Shown here piece after piece: positions 56,190-64,000 of a DNA stretch of 64,000 nt (positions are counted from its first letter, which is position 1; every line of letters starts with the position of its first letter). The notes under the pieces are model-generated. The model made no database searches. It saw nothing but the letters and a program-made list of their open reading frames with translations, and was not told the origin of the DNA. The translations under genes were made by a program, and so were the position numbers. The DNA comes from Myxococcota bacterium (lineage in GTDB: Bacteria > Myxococcota_A > UBA9160 > SZUA-336). Location: positions 2,144,001 through 2,208,000 of the forward strand of contig CBDFGR010000002.1 in assembly GCA_965247115.1 (NCBI GenBank), in the 5' to 3' direction.

Positions 56190-56214
56190 AAAAAGAGGAA
56201 CCACCCGGGTGGTT
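56190..56214 (-). terminator. Candidate intrinsic terminator of the phage late operon
   Basis: AACCAC-CCGG-GTGGTT hairpin followed on the minus strand by CCTCTTTTT. Confidence 0.4.
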
Positions 56215-56300
56215 GGGGCCATGAGTGCACGAAAGCTCGCACCATCCGCGCTCAAGGTTGTCTAGCCAGCCCGCACGGCAGGGCACTAAGACCGCTCGCC

Positions 56301-56675
56301 TCATCCCGACAGGTTGAGCTGGAGCTCGCGCGGATGGGGCAACTCGCCAACCTTCCAGCCCTGAACGTGGAGCCGCGTCGGCTCGTAGTGCTCGCCGACG
56401 TAGGTGTGGTAGAGCGGGCGCTCGTGCTCGGTCCGCTCGATCGCCATCTGCCGTCCCTCGGGCGTGTCGAAGACGATATCGATCGCCTCCCCCCACCCGG
56501 ACCCGAACTGGTGCTTGCTCTTCTCGTGGCCGCCTACAAGCGCGTTCCGCTTCTCGGTGCGGCAGCCCCCCGTCACCGATCCGCCGTACCAGCAGCAGAG
56601 CTGCCAGCACCAGAGGACGAACTCGCCTACATCGACCCAATCGATCTGGTGCGGCTCCGAGAGAGGCAGGCTCAT
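56301..56675 (-). CDS. M15A-like Zn peptidase, putative endolysin 2
   Basis: VTGGCRT..RN..VGG...SKH..G....EAID...LHVQ; ATGA overlap with the upstream gene. Confidence 0.7.
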   Translation of the reverse strand: MSLPLSEPHQIDWVDVGEFVLWCWQLCCWYGGSVTGGCRTEKRNALVGGHEKSKHQFGSGWGEAIDIVFDTPEGRQMAIERTEHERPLYHTYVGEHYEPTRLHVQGWKVGELPHPRELQLNLSG

Positions 56676-57079
56676 GGCGCCAGCGAACGCATCCAGTCCG
56701 GCATCGTCCGGTCGTGCCGGCAGCACAGGCCCGCTTCCGGGCCGCAGGTGTCGTAGGCGCCGAAGTTCCCGCCCACGAAGACCGCGTGGTGGTAGAGGAA
56801 CCGGACCCAGCGCCAACGCCACGGCAGGGATGTACGGATGTTCTCCTTGAGCTCCCCATCGGCGTCGTTCTTGCGCTGCCACGTCATCGAGCCGGCCGGG
56901 TGACAGCGGGTGCAGTACCTCCAGTCGTGGATCCGGCAGGCCCAGCGGAAGTCGAAGCCGAAGAGATCGTCCGGCGAGCTCGAGCAGCCATCGTCCCGGA
57001 ATTGCTCCGGGATCTCTGCAAGCGTCCGCTTCGCCTCCTTCGGGATCGGCCGCTGCAGTCGGCCGTCTAGGAGCCCCAT
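56672..57079 (-). CDS. Prokaryotic phospholipase A2-like protein
   Basis: DGCSSSPDDLFGFDFRWACRIHDWRY...KNDADGEL...YHHAV matches the D.C...PD...F...C..HD..Y...D pattern of bacterial/fungal sPLA2. Confidence 0.72.
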   Translation of the reverse strand: MGLLDGRLQRPIPKEAKRTLAEIPEQFRDDGCSSSPDDLFGFDFRWACRIHDWRYCTRCHPAGSMTWQRKNDADGELKENIRTSLPWRWRWVRFLYHHAVFVGGNFGAYDTCGPEAGLCCRHDRTMPDWMRSLAP

Positions 57080-57097
57080 TCCCTTCTCACCCCCCGC

Positions 57098-57322
57098 TCA
57101 CTCATCGACCGTGACGCGGTCCGTGATCGGGACCTCGTCTGCTACGGCAGCGGGTTTGTCGCTGCATCCGACCCGCAGGGCGTTGCCCATGACCTCGAGC
57201 TCGGCCTCGGCGCCGCCCTCAAAGCCGCAGACATCCCACATCACCCAGCCGTGCTCCCCTGGCCCGATATGCATCGCGCAGGACGGCAGGAGCAGCAGCA
57301 ACGCGATCATCGCGAGCCCCAT
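57098..57322 (-). CDS. Small lipoprotein (o-spanin-like position)
   Basis: MGLAMIALLLLLPS-C lipobox-like, 74 aa, inside the lysis cluster. Confidence 0.6.
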   Translation of the reverse strand: MGLAMIALLLLLPSCAMHIGPGEHGWVMWDVCGFEGGAEAELEVMGNALRVGCSDKPAAVADEVPITDRVTVDE

Positions 57323-57742
57323 TTATGATCCCTCCGATACGGCCGACTTGTCGTCGAATTCCAGATGAACGTGACCGACGAGGACGCGCTCTCCCTTGCG
57401 TTCTCCGGTCCGGATCTCATGCAGGTGCTCTTCGTAGACGACGTCGTACCGGCGCTTGCCGTGCTTCGCCTCGAGGCGCCCCTGGATCCGGCCAGCCCAT
57501 GCCGGGCCTTCGATCTCCCACGGCTTCACCAGGTTCCACACTCGGATGTCGAAGACGCGGTCCTTGCCATGGAAGCTGCCGTCCTTGTGCCTGCCATCGT
57601 TGGCGCTGGTGATCACGATCGCCCCGTCGGTGGTGACTGGCGCCGTGTCCTGCGCGGCGTGGAGCATGCAGACGACCTCTGGCTCCAGGTGGCCTGCATT
57701 CAGCTTGACCGCCGCACTCTTGGTCCGCAGTACGGGCCTCAA
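57323..57742 (-). CDS. M15/Hedgehog-DD-peptidase-fold Zn peptidase, putative endolysin 1
   Basis: ITSANDGRH...SFH-x6-D-IR...HVHLEFD; TTG start with GGAGG, TTGA overlap. Confidence 0.72.
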   Translation of the reverse strand: MRPVLRTKSAAVKLNAGHLEPEVVCMLHAAQDTAPVTTDGAIVITSANDGRHKDGSFHGKDRVFDIRVWNLVKPWEIEGPAWAGRIQGRLEAKHGKRRYDVVYEEHLHEIRTGERKGERVLVGHVHLEFDDKSAVSEGS

Positions 57743-57945
57743 TCGGCTTCCCCCTCCGTGCGCCCTTCCATGAAACTCAGGCGGCTTTCGTGGTCTCCGA
57801 CCTGGCCGTTCATCTTCTCCTGAGCGACGCGTAGCATTTCGACGCGCTCGAGGATCCGGCCCGTCCGCAAGAGGGTCACAGCGATGAGCGGAACCATCGC
57901 GACGGCAATTCCCGACGTCGTGAGCTGGATCCAAGTCTCCATCAT
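57739..57945 (-). CDS. Small single-TM coiled-coil protein, holin-like
   Basis: 68 aa, N-terminal hydrophobic helix, HESRLSFMEG coiled coil; first gene of the lysis cluster. Confidence 0.5.
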   Translation of the reverse strand: MMETWIQLTTSGIAVAMVPLIAVTLLRTGRILERVEMLRVAQEKMNGQVGDHESRLSFMEGRTEGEAD

Positions 57946-60515
57946 CGGCTCCCCGCCAACGAGGCCGCGGATTGCCGGAGGCGCTCCACAGCGGCAAAGC
58001 CGCGATTCCCGGCTTCCGCATCGATGTCCGTAGCGAAACCCGCGGCGGCCGCCCCAATGAGGCGGATGGAGCCGCCCTCGAAGGGTTCGAACCTGCCGGT
58101 ACCGATGATCAGGCGTCGGGCCCAGGGACTTTGAAGGATCCGACCGACTCCGAGTAGATGGACCAGGTCGACGATCCCCGTGAGCGAGAGCTGGGCGGCT
58201 TGGCTGATGATGCTGGCACCGCGGAGCGCGGTACCGGGGTCCTCGACCGAGATGTCCTGGATCACCGCGACGGCGCGCGCGTCCGAGAGAATCCGCTTGG
58301 TCTCCGGCTCGAGCATGTCGAGCAAGCCCTTCTCGTCAAAGGCCTCGAGCGTGTTTCGAAGCGCCCGCCCGCTTAGCTTCGTGATGTTGTCGTCGCCGAC
58401 TACCGTCGACCTGCGAATAATGTCGTCTACGAGTGAGGATCGGACCGAGCGGCCGAAGGAGACGCTTGGGCTCCGGCCCACGAGCGCGCGCAGCGCTGCG
58501 ATGTTGGCGGTGTCGTTCGTGTCGAAGACCTGCCGAATGAAGGCTCCGACCTGAGACTGGCGCTGAAGAGCATCGGGGATGTTCGTCGAGAAGAGCTCGG
58601 TAAGCTGGTCGCCGGCGCGAAGAAGCGCCTCGCGACTGCGCTTCGGGAACAGGATCCGCAGCGCCTGGTCGTCGAACTTCTCCATCGTCGCCCGGATCTT
58701 TCGGGGATCTCGCATGATCTTCCCGACCGCGGCGTTTCGGATCTCGTCAAACGCCGGCTTGCTCGTCGCTCTGCGTACCGCGATGAGGTTGTCGACCAGC
58801 GCGGGGTCCTGAGAATTCAGCAGCCGGTTGATGTAGGCGCTCGGCCTCTGCTCCTTGAAGCGGTTCACCATGTCGATCACGGCGGCCGCCTCGCGCGTCT
58901 CGAACCGCTCGCGCGCCATCTGACTTGCGCGGCGCCAACCGAACACGAACTCCGAGTTGCGATTTGTCGGGTTGTCGAGCACCTGCTGGAGCGTGCGGCG
59001 CAGGTCGTCGGCAACGAAGTTGCTCTCCCGCATCCCCTCCGGACCGGGGAGGGCCTCGTCGCGCAGGTTCTTGATGATCTGCCGGACCCGGTCGGTGCGC
59101 GAGATCTCCTCGCCGCTCTCGCGGATTGCTGCGGGGAGCGAGGGATCGAGCTCGAGCAGGTCGTCGACTGCCTGGCGCACACCGGACGCCAGGCGATCGA
59201 GGCGCACCACGCCCTCCTCGGTCACCTCTTCGATGATGGGATACCCGGCAGCGTCGAGGATCCCGGTCTCCTGCACCACGGTTCGCGGGCGAGCGGGCGT
59301 GAAGACGCCCTCCCTCAGCCGACGCGCAGCATCGAGCGCGGGGTCGAGTACAAACTGCGGCTCCTCGATCGACCTCGCGACCGAGTAGGCCCCGTCGACG
59401 CGGCCGCCGGACCGTTGCCACCACGCTCGGAACTCCGGGTCGATCGCCTCCGCCGTCGCTCGCGGCGTCTTCCTGGAGAACTTCACCTCCGCCTCGACCA
59501 GGTCGAGGATCGCGCGGCGATCTGCAGCGAAGGCCTTCGACGACTCGATGAGGAAGTTGCCCCGCGCGATCGGGTCTACTTCGATGCGCACGCGCTCGAG
59601 GAGCTCCTTGGACGCCTTGTCCTGCTGACGCTTCAGGAACGGAAGCACGGATGCCGCCTGGCGCGACAGTCGCTGGATGAACGGAACATCGCTGAGTTGG
59701 GAGAGCTGGGGCTGTGTGACGCCGAGTCGCTCTGCAGCTTGGATCGCCTCTCTGGCACCCTCCCGGGTTCCCAGCATCCCGCCGCCGCGCAGCGCGACGT
59801 TGCCGGCCTTCACTACGCCGGCGCCGAGGGTGCCTCCGACGAACGACATGCCGGCCTCGAAGACGGCCTGCTCTCCAATCTCGCGCGGTCCCTGGACGTT
59901 CGTTCTGGACGCTTCCTGGACGCCTTGCTGCCCGAGCTCGCCCAGTGCTGCGCCTGTCGCCAGTTTGAAGAGCGCCCGCATGCCAACCTTTACTGCTGGG
60001 CCTCCGCCAGGGAATCGGGCCGCGAGCGCGAGCGCCTCGCCGGCGACGATGAAGGTCTCCCCGCCGAAGTCGCTGACATCGCGGCCGAGCTCCTTCGCGA
60101 ACTCCGAGAAACCCTCTCCCAGCGATTCGAATAGGCCCGGATCGGCCTTGCGAAACTGTTCCCCGGGCGACTTGCGGAACAGCACGGTACCGGTGTCCGG
60201 GACTTCGAGCAGCTCCGCACCTGGCATGAAACGATCGACAACTAGCTGTCGCTCCTCGGACGTATCGCCGAGTACGGAGATCAGAAAGCGGCTCTTTGCA
60301 TCCAGCGGCGGTCCTTTGATGGAGTCCTGGCCTACGAAGCGCGCGTCGAACTCGTCGTCAGTGATCTCGCGCCTGCGGCGATCGCGCATGGACAGCGCCA
60401 GCTCCGCGGGTGATTGCCCGACGGGACCACCGAGAACCGCGGATCCTCCCAGGAACGTCGTCGGGCTGAGGCGCCTTTGTTCTCTCATCTTCAGCGCGTC
60501 CTCGGCTGCACCCAT
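57942..60515 (-). CDS. Large phage internal virion / DNA ejection protein (putative)
   Basis: 857 aa, Ala/Gly/Arg-rich and helical, with Gly-rich hydrophobic segments; last of three adjacent ejection-like genes. Confidence 0.55.
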   Translation of the reverse strand: MGAAEDALKMREQRRLSPTTFLGGSAVLGGPVGQSPAELALSMRDRRRREITDDEFDARFVGQDSIKGPPLDAKSRFLISVLGDTSEERQLVVDRFMPGAELLEVPDTGTVLFRKSPGEQFRKADPGLFESLGEGFSEFAKELGRDVSDFGGETFIVAGEALALAARFPGGGPAVKVGMRALFKLATGAALGELGQQGVQEASRTNVQGPREIGEQAVFEAGMSFVGGTLGAGVVKAGNVALRGGGMLGTREGAREAIQAAERLGVTQPQLSQLSDVPFIQRLSRQAASVLPFLKRQQDKASKELLERVRIEVDPIARGNFLIESSKAFAADRRAILDLVEAEVKFSRKTPRATAEAIDPEFRAWWQRSGGRVDGAYSVARSIEEPQFVLDPALDAARRLREGVFTPARPRTVVQETGILDAAGYPIIEEVTEEGVVRLDRLASGVRQAVDDLLELDPSLPAAIRESGEEISRTDRVRQIIKNLRDEALPGPEGMRESNFVADDLRRTLQQVLDNPTNRNSEFVFGWRRASQMARERFETREAAAVIDMVNRFKEQRPSAYINRLLNSQDPALVDNLIAVRRATSKPAFDEIRNAAVGKIMRDPRKIRATMEKFDDQALRILFPKRSREALLRAGDQLTELFSTNIPDALQRQSQVGAFIRQVFDTNDTANIAALRALVGRSPSVSFGRSVRSSLVDDIIRRSTVVGDDNITKLSGRALRNTLEAFDEKGLLDMLEPETKRILSDARAVAVIQDISVEDPGTALRGASIISQAAQLSLTGIVDLVHLLGVGRILQSPWARRLIIGTGRFEPFEGGSIRLIGAAAAGFATDIDAEAGNRGFAAVERLRQSAASLAGSR

Positions 60516-61733
60516 CTACTTCCCGACGCCCCCGAGGGTCCGTAGAAGCCGGATCTGCTCTTCCATGATCTCCATCCCTTCCCAGATCCGGTACCCGCCC
60601 AGCCCGAGACGCTGGAGTTCAAACGATGTCTTCTTCACGCCGGCCTCGGTAGCGAGGTTGAAACCCGGAAGATCGATTCCAGCGACCAGCGCCTCGCGAT
60701 GAGCGCGCAGAAAGCGCAGCAAGATCCCCTGCTCGATCGCGGCGCGGACCTGCGCGAAGGATCCGGTGAGCACGTCGATTCGGGTGGCATCGCGCGCGAT
60801 GTCGAGCTCTCGCTCAGTGACCCGGCCGCTCTTTTCGCCCGTGACGTCAGGAACAGAGCGCGCGACGAACGATTTTGCTTGCTGGCGGAAGGCGGTCACC
60901 TCTTCAGGCTCTGTGCCGCCGGCCGCGAACCGCGAGATCCTGCGCCCGAGACTTCCGCCAAAGAGATCGTCGAACTGCTGCAGGACGCCACCCACACTCT
61001 CGACGAACGCGCCCCGCACGCCTACGGCGCCGGGCCCGACACGGTCGAGCGATCGAAGCAGCGCCGTCGCCTGTGCGACATCCCCGAGACTTTGCCGCGC
61101 CGCCGCGCCCGACTTTCGGCGCTCCGGTCGTTCAGGCGCTCCGGTGAATGCGCTCGGCGGACCCTGTGCTGTACTTGTAAGGAGCTGGCTTCCCTCCGGA
61201 ACGGGCACGCGCTGGCCGTTGATCATCACCGTGCGACCGCCATCTAAGCTGATGCGCACGCCGACTCCCGGGATCGCGACGTTCTGGCCTTTGTCCAGGT
61301 CGGGCGATCCCAGCTCACTCGCGGTCTTGATATCCGAGGGAGCGACGCCCACGCGCGCCGCGATCTCCTCCGGGGACATGAGACCGGGCACGTCGACAGG
61401 GATGCGTCCCCCGTGTCCCGAAGCGATGACTTGGGCGACCGCCTCGCGGCGCCGCCGCTCGGACTGTGCTTCCGCGGCCGCCGCCTGGCGCTGCTGGAGG
61501 ACGTCGAAGATCTGCGCCATACCGGTGTCCGGTGCCAACTGCTGGATGAACCGGAACCCGGTCTCGGGGTCGTCGCGCAGGACCTCCGCGAGCTGCGCGC
61601 CCGTCGGATCGTTCGGAGCGCCCGCGCTTTCCAAGATCTGCGCGGCGAGCTCCGCCTGGTCTCGGAGATTGCGACCGTCGACGATCCCTCGAAGAGCTCC
61701 GCCGATTGCTGAACCGAGTGCTTCGCCGCCCAT
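60516..61733 (-). CDS. Phage ejection protein (putative)
   Basis: 405 aa, starts GEALGSAIGGAL, contains G.VTERE; position in the operon. Confidence 0.5.
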   Translation of the reverse strand: MGGEALGSAIGGALRGIVDGRNLRDQAELAAQILESAGAPNDPTGAQLAEVLRDDPETGFRFIQQLAPDTGMAQIFDVLQQRQAAAAEAQSERRRREAVAQVIASGHGGRIPVDVPGLMSPEEIAARVGVAPSDIKTASELGSPDLDKGQNVAIPGVGVRISLDGGRTVMINGQRVPVPEGSQLLTSTAQGPPSAFTGAPERPERRKSGAAARQSLGDVAQATALLRSLDRVGPGAVGVRGAFVESVGGVLQQFDDLFGGSLGRRISRFAAGGTEPEEVTAFRQQAKSFVARSVPDVTGEKSGRVTERELDIARDATRIDVLTGSFAQVRAAIEQGILLRFLRAHREALVAGIDLPGFNLATEAGVKKTSFELQRLGLGGYRIWEGMEIMEEQIRLLRTLGGVGK

Positions 61734-62545
61734 TAGTTGAAGAATCCCCCCGCGGCTCCTCCGATCGAAGCTCCTGCTAGGGCTCCGGCCGGACCACCCA
61801 AGAAGGCGCCACCGATGCCTCCGGCGATGGTTCCCAGCGCACTGCCGAGACCCCCCCTATCCTTGCTCTGCACACCCGGAATGGGCGTGTTGAGGCTCAC
61901 CGGCAAGAGTCCCAGCGCCGGATTGAAGACCGGCTGCGCCTCTAGGAAACGCCGGAATGCGTCGGCCATCTGTTCTCCCTGGATCGCACGCTGCGTCTCG
62001 CCGGTCGTCGCGCGAACCGCGATGCCACTGAGCTCGTTCGCAAGGGAACTCTGGATCGCGGGTCCGACGCGGTCGAGCGCGCGCTCGCGAGAGCCGATCT
62101 GCGCGAGCTGGAGTCCCGACCGCGCAGCCAGGAGCTGCTCGTTCACGTCCGATCCTGCGAGCGCGAGGGCCCGAGCGCGGACACCGGAGTTCGCGATCCC
62201 TCTGGCGGCAAACCGCTGATCGATGCCGGGGAGGATGTCCCGCTCGAACTGCCTGAGCGTCGGCCGGGCGATGCCCGCCTGGAAGATCTCTTCCAACTCA
62301 TCGGCACGGAATGCCGGATCCGCAGAGAGAAGACGCTCGAGCGCCGCCGTGCGTTCGCCACCGCTACCGAAGCTGCCCGCAAGTTCGAAGCCTTGCTGCT
62401 GCAGCTCGGAGGCCCCGGGGGCGAGGTCCCCGGTGAACTGCGGCCCGGGCTGGCCGATCTGGGGTCGAAGGAAGTCGTTGATCGACTTCGTGATCGCGAG
62501 TCGTTCTCCGATCAGCGCGGCCGCGCGGCGTCGTCCACCGGACAT
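61733..62545 (-). CDS. Phage pilot / DNA-transfer protein (putative)
   Basis: Gln/Ala-rich helical body, FAARG...SG, Gly-rich hydrophobic tail GTIAGGIGGAFLGGPAGALAGASIGG. Confidence 0.6.
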   Translation of the reverse strand: MSGGRRRAAALIGERLAITKSINDFLRPQIGQPGPQFTGDLAPGASELQQQGFELAGSFGSGGERTAALERLLSADPAFRADELEEIFQAGIARPTLRQFERDILPGIDQRFAARGIANSGVRARALALAGSDVNEQLLAARSGLQLAQIGSRERALDRVGPAIQSSLANELSGIAVRATTGETQRAIQGEQMADAFRRFLEAQPVFNPALGLLPVSLNTPIPGVQSKDRGGLGSALGTIAGGIGGAFLGGPAGALAGASIGGAAGGFFN

Positions 62546-62546
62546 C

Positions 62547-62903
62547 CTAGCCCCCCAATCCCGGAATCGGCCGCCGAGACACCGACCCGATGATCTGTTC
62601 CGCAACCCGGAGTTGTGGCGTCAGGAACCGCGCCGGCCCGACATTCCCCGCCGGCAGACCACGCGCGGACAGATCGAGCATCTCGAGAAGCCGGCGCCGC
62701 TCGGTCGCGCCCGCGAGACCTTTGAGTGCGCCCTTTATGATGTCTCGAGTCGTGACGCGCGCAGCATCGCTCGAATCACCTGTGTTGCCCGTAACGACGT
62801 CACCAAGCCCACGTAGCACACTGCCGAAGAGGCCGCCCTCGGCCTGGGGGTCGAGTCCGGGGACTGGAATTCCGGGAACTGGAATTGGTGTGCGGATAGC
62901 CAT
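62547..62903 (-). CDS. Hypothetical phage protein
   Basis: 118 aa, packed within the operon. Confidence 0.55.
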   Translation of the reverse strand: MAIRTPIPVPGIPVPGLDPQAEGGLFGSVLRGLGDVVTGNTGDSSDAARVTTRDIIKGALKGLAGATERRRLLEMLDLSARGLPAGNVGPARFLTPQLRVAEQIIGSVSRRPIPGLGG

Positions 62904-62915
62904 CTGGATGGTTCC

Positions 62916-63104
62916 CTAAGGCTCGAGGTCTTCCACTCGTCGCGTCAGATAGTCGATCTCGCCTTTCAGCTCGTCGAACTCGTTCTCGATCGAATGCCGG
63001 AAGCGCCGGAGCATTCTGGCTAGCTCTTGGGTGTTGCGCTCGCGAATCGCCTTCTCTTGAAACTCGAGCTGCGTACGCGTCTGCTGTCGTGGCGGCTGGG
63101 TCAT
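62916..63104 (-). CDS. Small coiled-coil phage protein
   Basis: 62 aa, heptad pattern; ATGA overlap with the upstream gene. Confidence 0.55.
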   Translation of the reverse strand: MTQPPRQQTRTQLEFQEKAIRERNTQELARMLRRFRHSIENEFDELKGEIDYLTRRVEDLEP

Positions 63105-64000
63105 GTCCTGCGGAACCTCCCACTGACGTCGAACCACGGCACGACAGCGTCGATGGCGATGCGACTGTTCGACAGATTCTCGATCAGAATCTGGTGGAAT
63201 GGCGCCTGGCGTCCAACCGGGATCCGTCGGATGACTTTCTCCTCGCCAGGGGCACCGGGCGTCAGGTCAATGGTCTCGATCAGGTAAGGCGCGGCAACGT
63301 ACCCTCCGCTGATCTTGACAGTGAGCTGCACTCCCGGGTTCGCATCGGCAATGATGTCGAGCTTCCCGAGGCGCACTTTGCGCATCGCTCCCCTGCGCCC
63401 GTCCACGAGCGGATTTAGGCGCTGGGACAGCATCGTCAACTGGAAGAGCGACTCCTGCGGCTGCTCGTTTCCGTCGAGGGTGTGATCGAAGTACTGACCG
63501 CTCACGGGCTGATAGACTCGGCTCTCTCGATCGCCTGCCAGTGGAATCGGGAATCCCGCGCTCAGGCCTCCCTCGTCCCACGCGAACTCCGAGGTATCCC
63601 AAGTCCCGGGCACGGTATCCCAGGTGAGCTCTGTACCGGCGGACATCTCACCGAAGCAGTGCGCTGGGAACTCGTGAACGAAGCACGCCAGGGTCAGCGT
63701 GTTGATCGCGAGTATTTCCGTCGGGAACGATTGGCCACTGGCCGCGTAAGCGAGCCACGCCTCGTGCAGCGGCTCGAGTTCTGCGCCATACACGAATGTC
63801 GCAGCCTCGGGGTCCGCCTTCAGCACGAAGTCTGGGATCTCCCCTGCTTTGAAGGCCAGGGCCTCGTTTCCATCGCAGCGGAGAAGAGAGGTTCTACCCC
63901 AGATGATCGCCTCGTCGACGACCGACACTCCGCCGAACCGTGACAGCGAATCGCCTTCGCCGCGAAGTCGGCGGAACGAGAATGGCGCGAGCGGGTCGGG
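63101..64000 (-). CDS. Phage tail nozzle / packaged-DNA stabilisation protein-like, 5' partial
   Basis: Beta-rich, TWDTVPGTWDTSEFAWD motif, frame open to the window end, upstream of ejection-like genes. Confidence 0.55.
   Translation of the reverse strand, partial: PDPLAPFSFRRLRGEGDSLSRFGGVSVVDEAIIWGRTSLLRCDGNEALAFKAGEIPDFVLKADPEAATFVYGAELEPLHEAWLAYAASGQSFPTEILAINTLTLACFVHEFPAHCFGEMSAGTELTWDTVPGTWDTSEFAWDEGGLSAGFPIPLAGDRESRVYQPVSGQYFDHTLDGNEQPQESLFQLTMLSQRLNPLVDGRRGAMRKVRLGKLDIIADANPGVQLTVKISGGYVAAPYLIETIDLTPGAPGEEKVIRRIPVGRQAPFHQILIENLSNSRIAIDAVVPWFDVSGRFRRT

Larger units (their letters stand above)
56158..64000 (-). mobile_element. Prophage, late-gene end (podovirus-like), continuing beyond the window
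   Basis: Eleven tightly packed same-strand ORFs: tail/nozzle-like, ejection-like and lysis genes; abrupt switch from metabolic genes. Confidence 0.8.

Noticed and set aside
56900..56916. CTRCH in the PLA2-like protein as a heme c site
   Set aside because: No export signal for cytochrome c maturation; Cys-rich PLA2 context explains it

Overview
High-GC DNA from a Gram-negative bacterium (TonB receptor, OM beta-barrels, F420-type LLM). The gene mix resembles uncultured Myxococcota/Deltaproteobacteria-like lineages, but this is inference only. (1) 1-30 kb and 39-56 kb are a catabolic mosaic: CoA-transferases, amidohydrolases, BVMO, amidase, ACAD, PQQ dehydrogenase, LLMs, bioB and an RPH-like kinase. 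This mosaic carries about a dozen gene scars, including a group II intron RT remnant and a decayed tandem duplicate of an OM protein gene. (2) 30.2-38.7 kb is a tightly coupled five-gene operon for a predicted trans-envelope electron conduit: His-rich inner-membrane protein, 21-heme cytochrome, 28-heme cytochrome built from an exact 23-aa period, TPR/beta-barrel porin, and an exported Sel1+ankyrin protein. It is PCC3-like with an extra accessory gene. (3) A hidden UGSC selenoprotein at 51560-52090 (in-frame UGA plus SECIS-like hairpin) is split by the ORF caller and coupled to a conserved partner gene. (4) A 3' tRNA-Phe fragment at 50.1 kb looks like an att scar. (5) From about 56.2 kb to the window end lies the late-gene end of a podovirus-like prophage. 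Its lysis cassette is unusual: holin-like protein, two different M15 Zn-peptidases, a lipoprotein and a phospholipase A2-like enzyme. All family calls come from motif recognition, without database searches.
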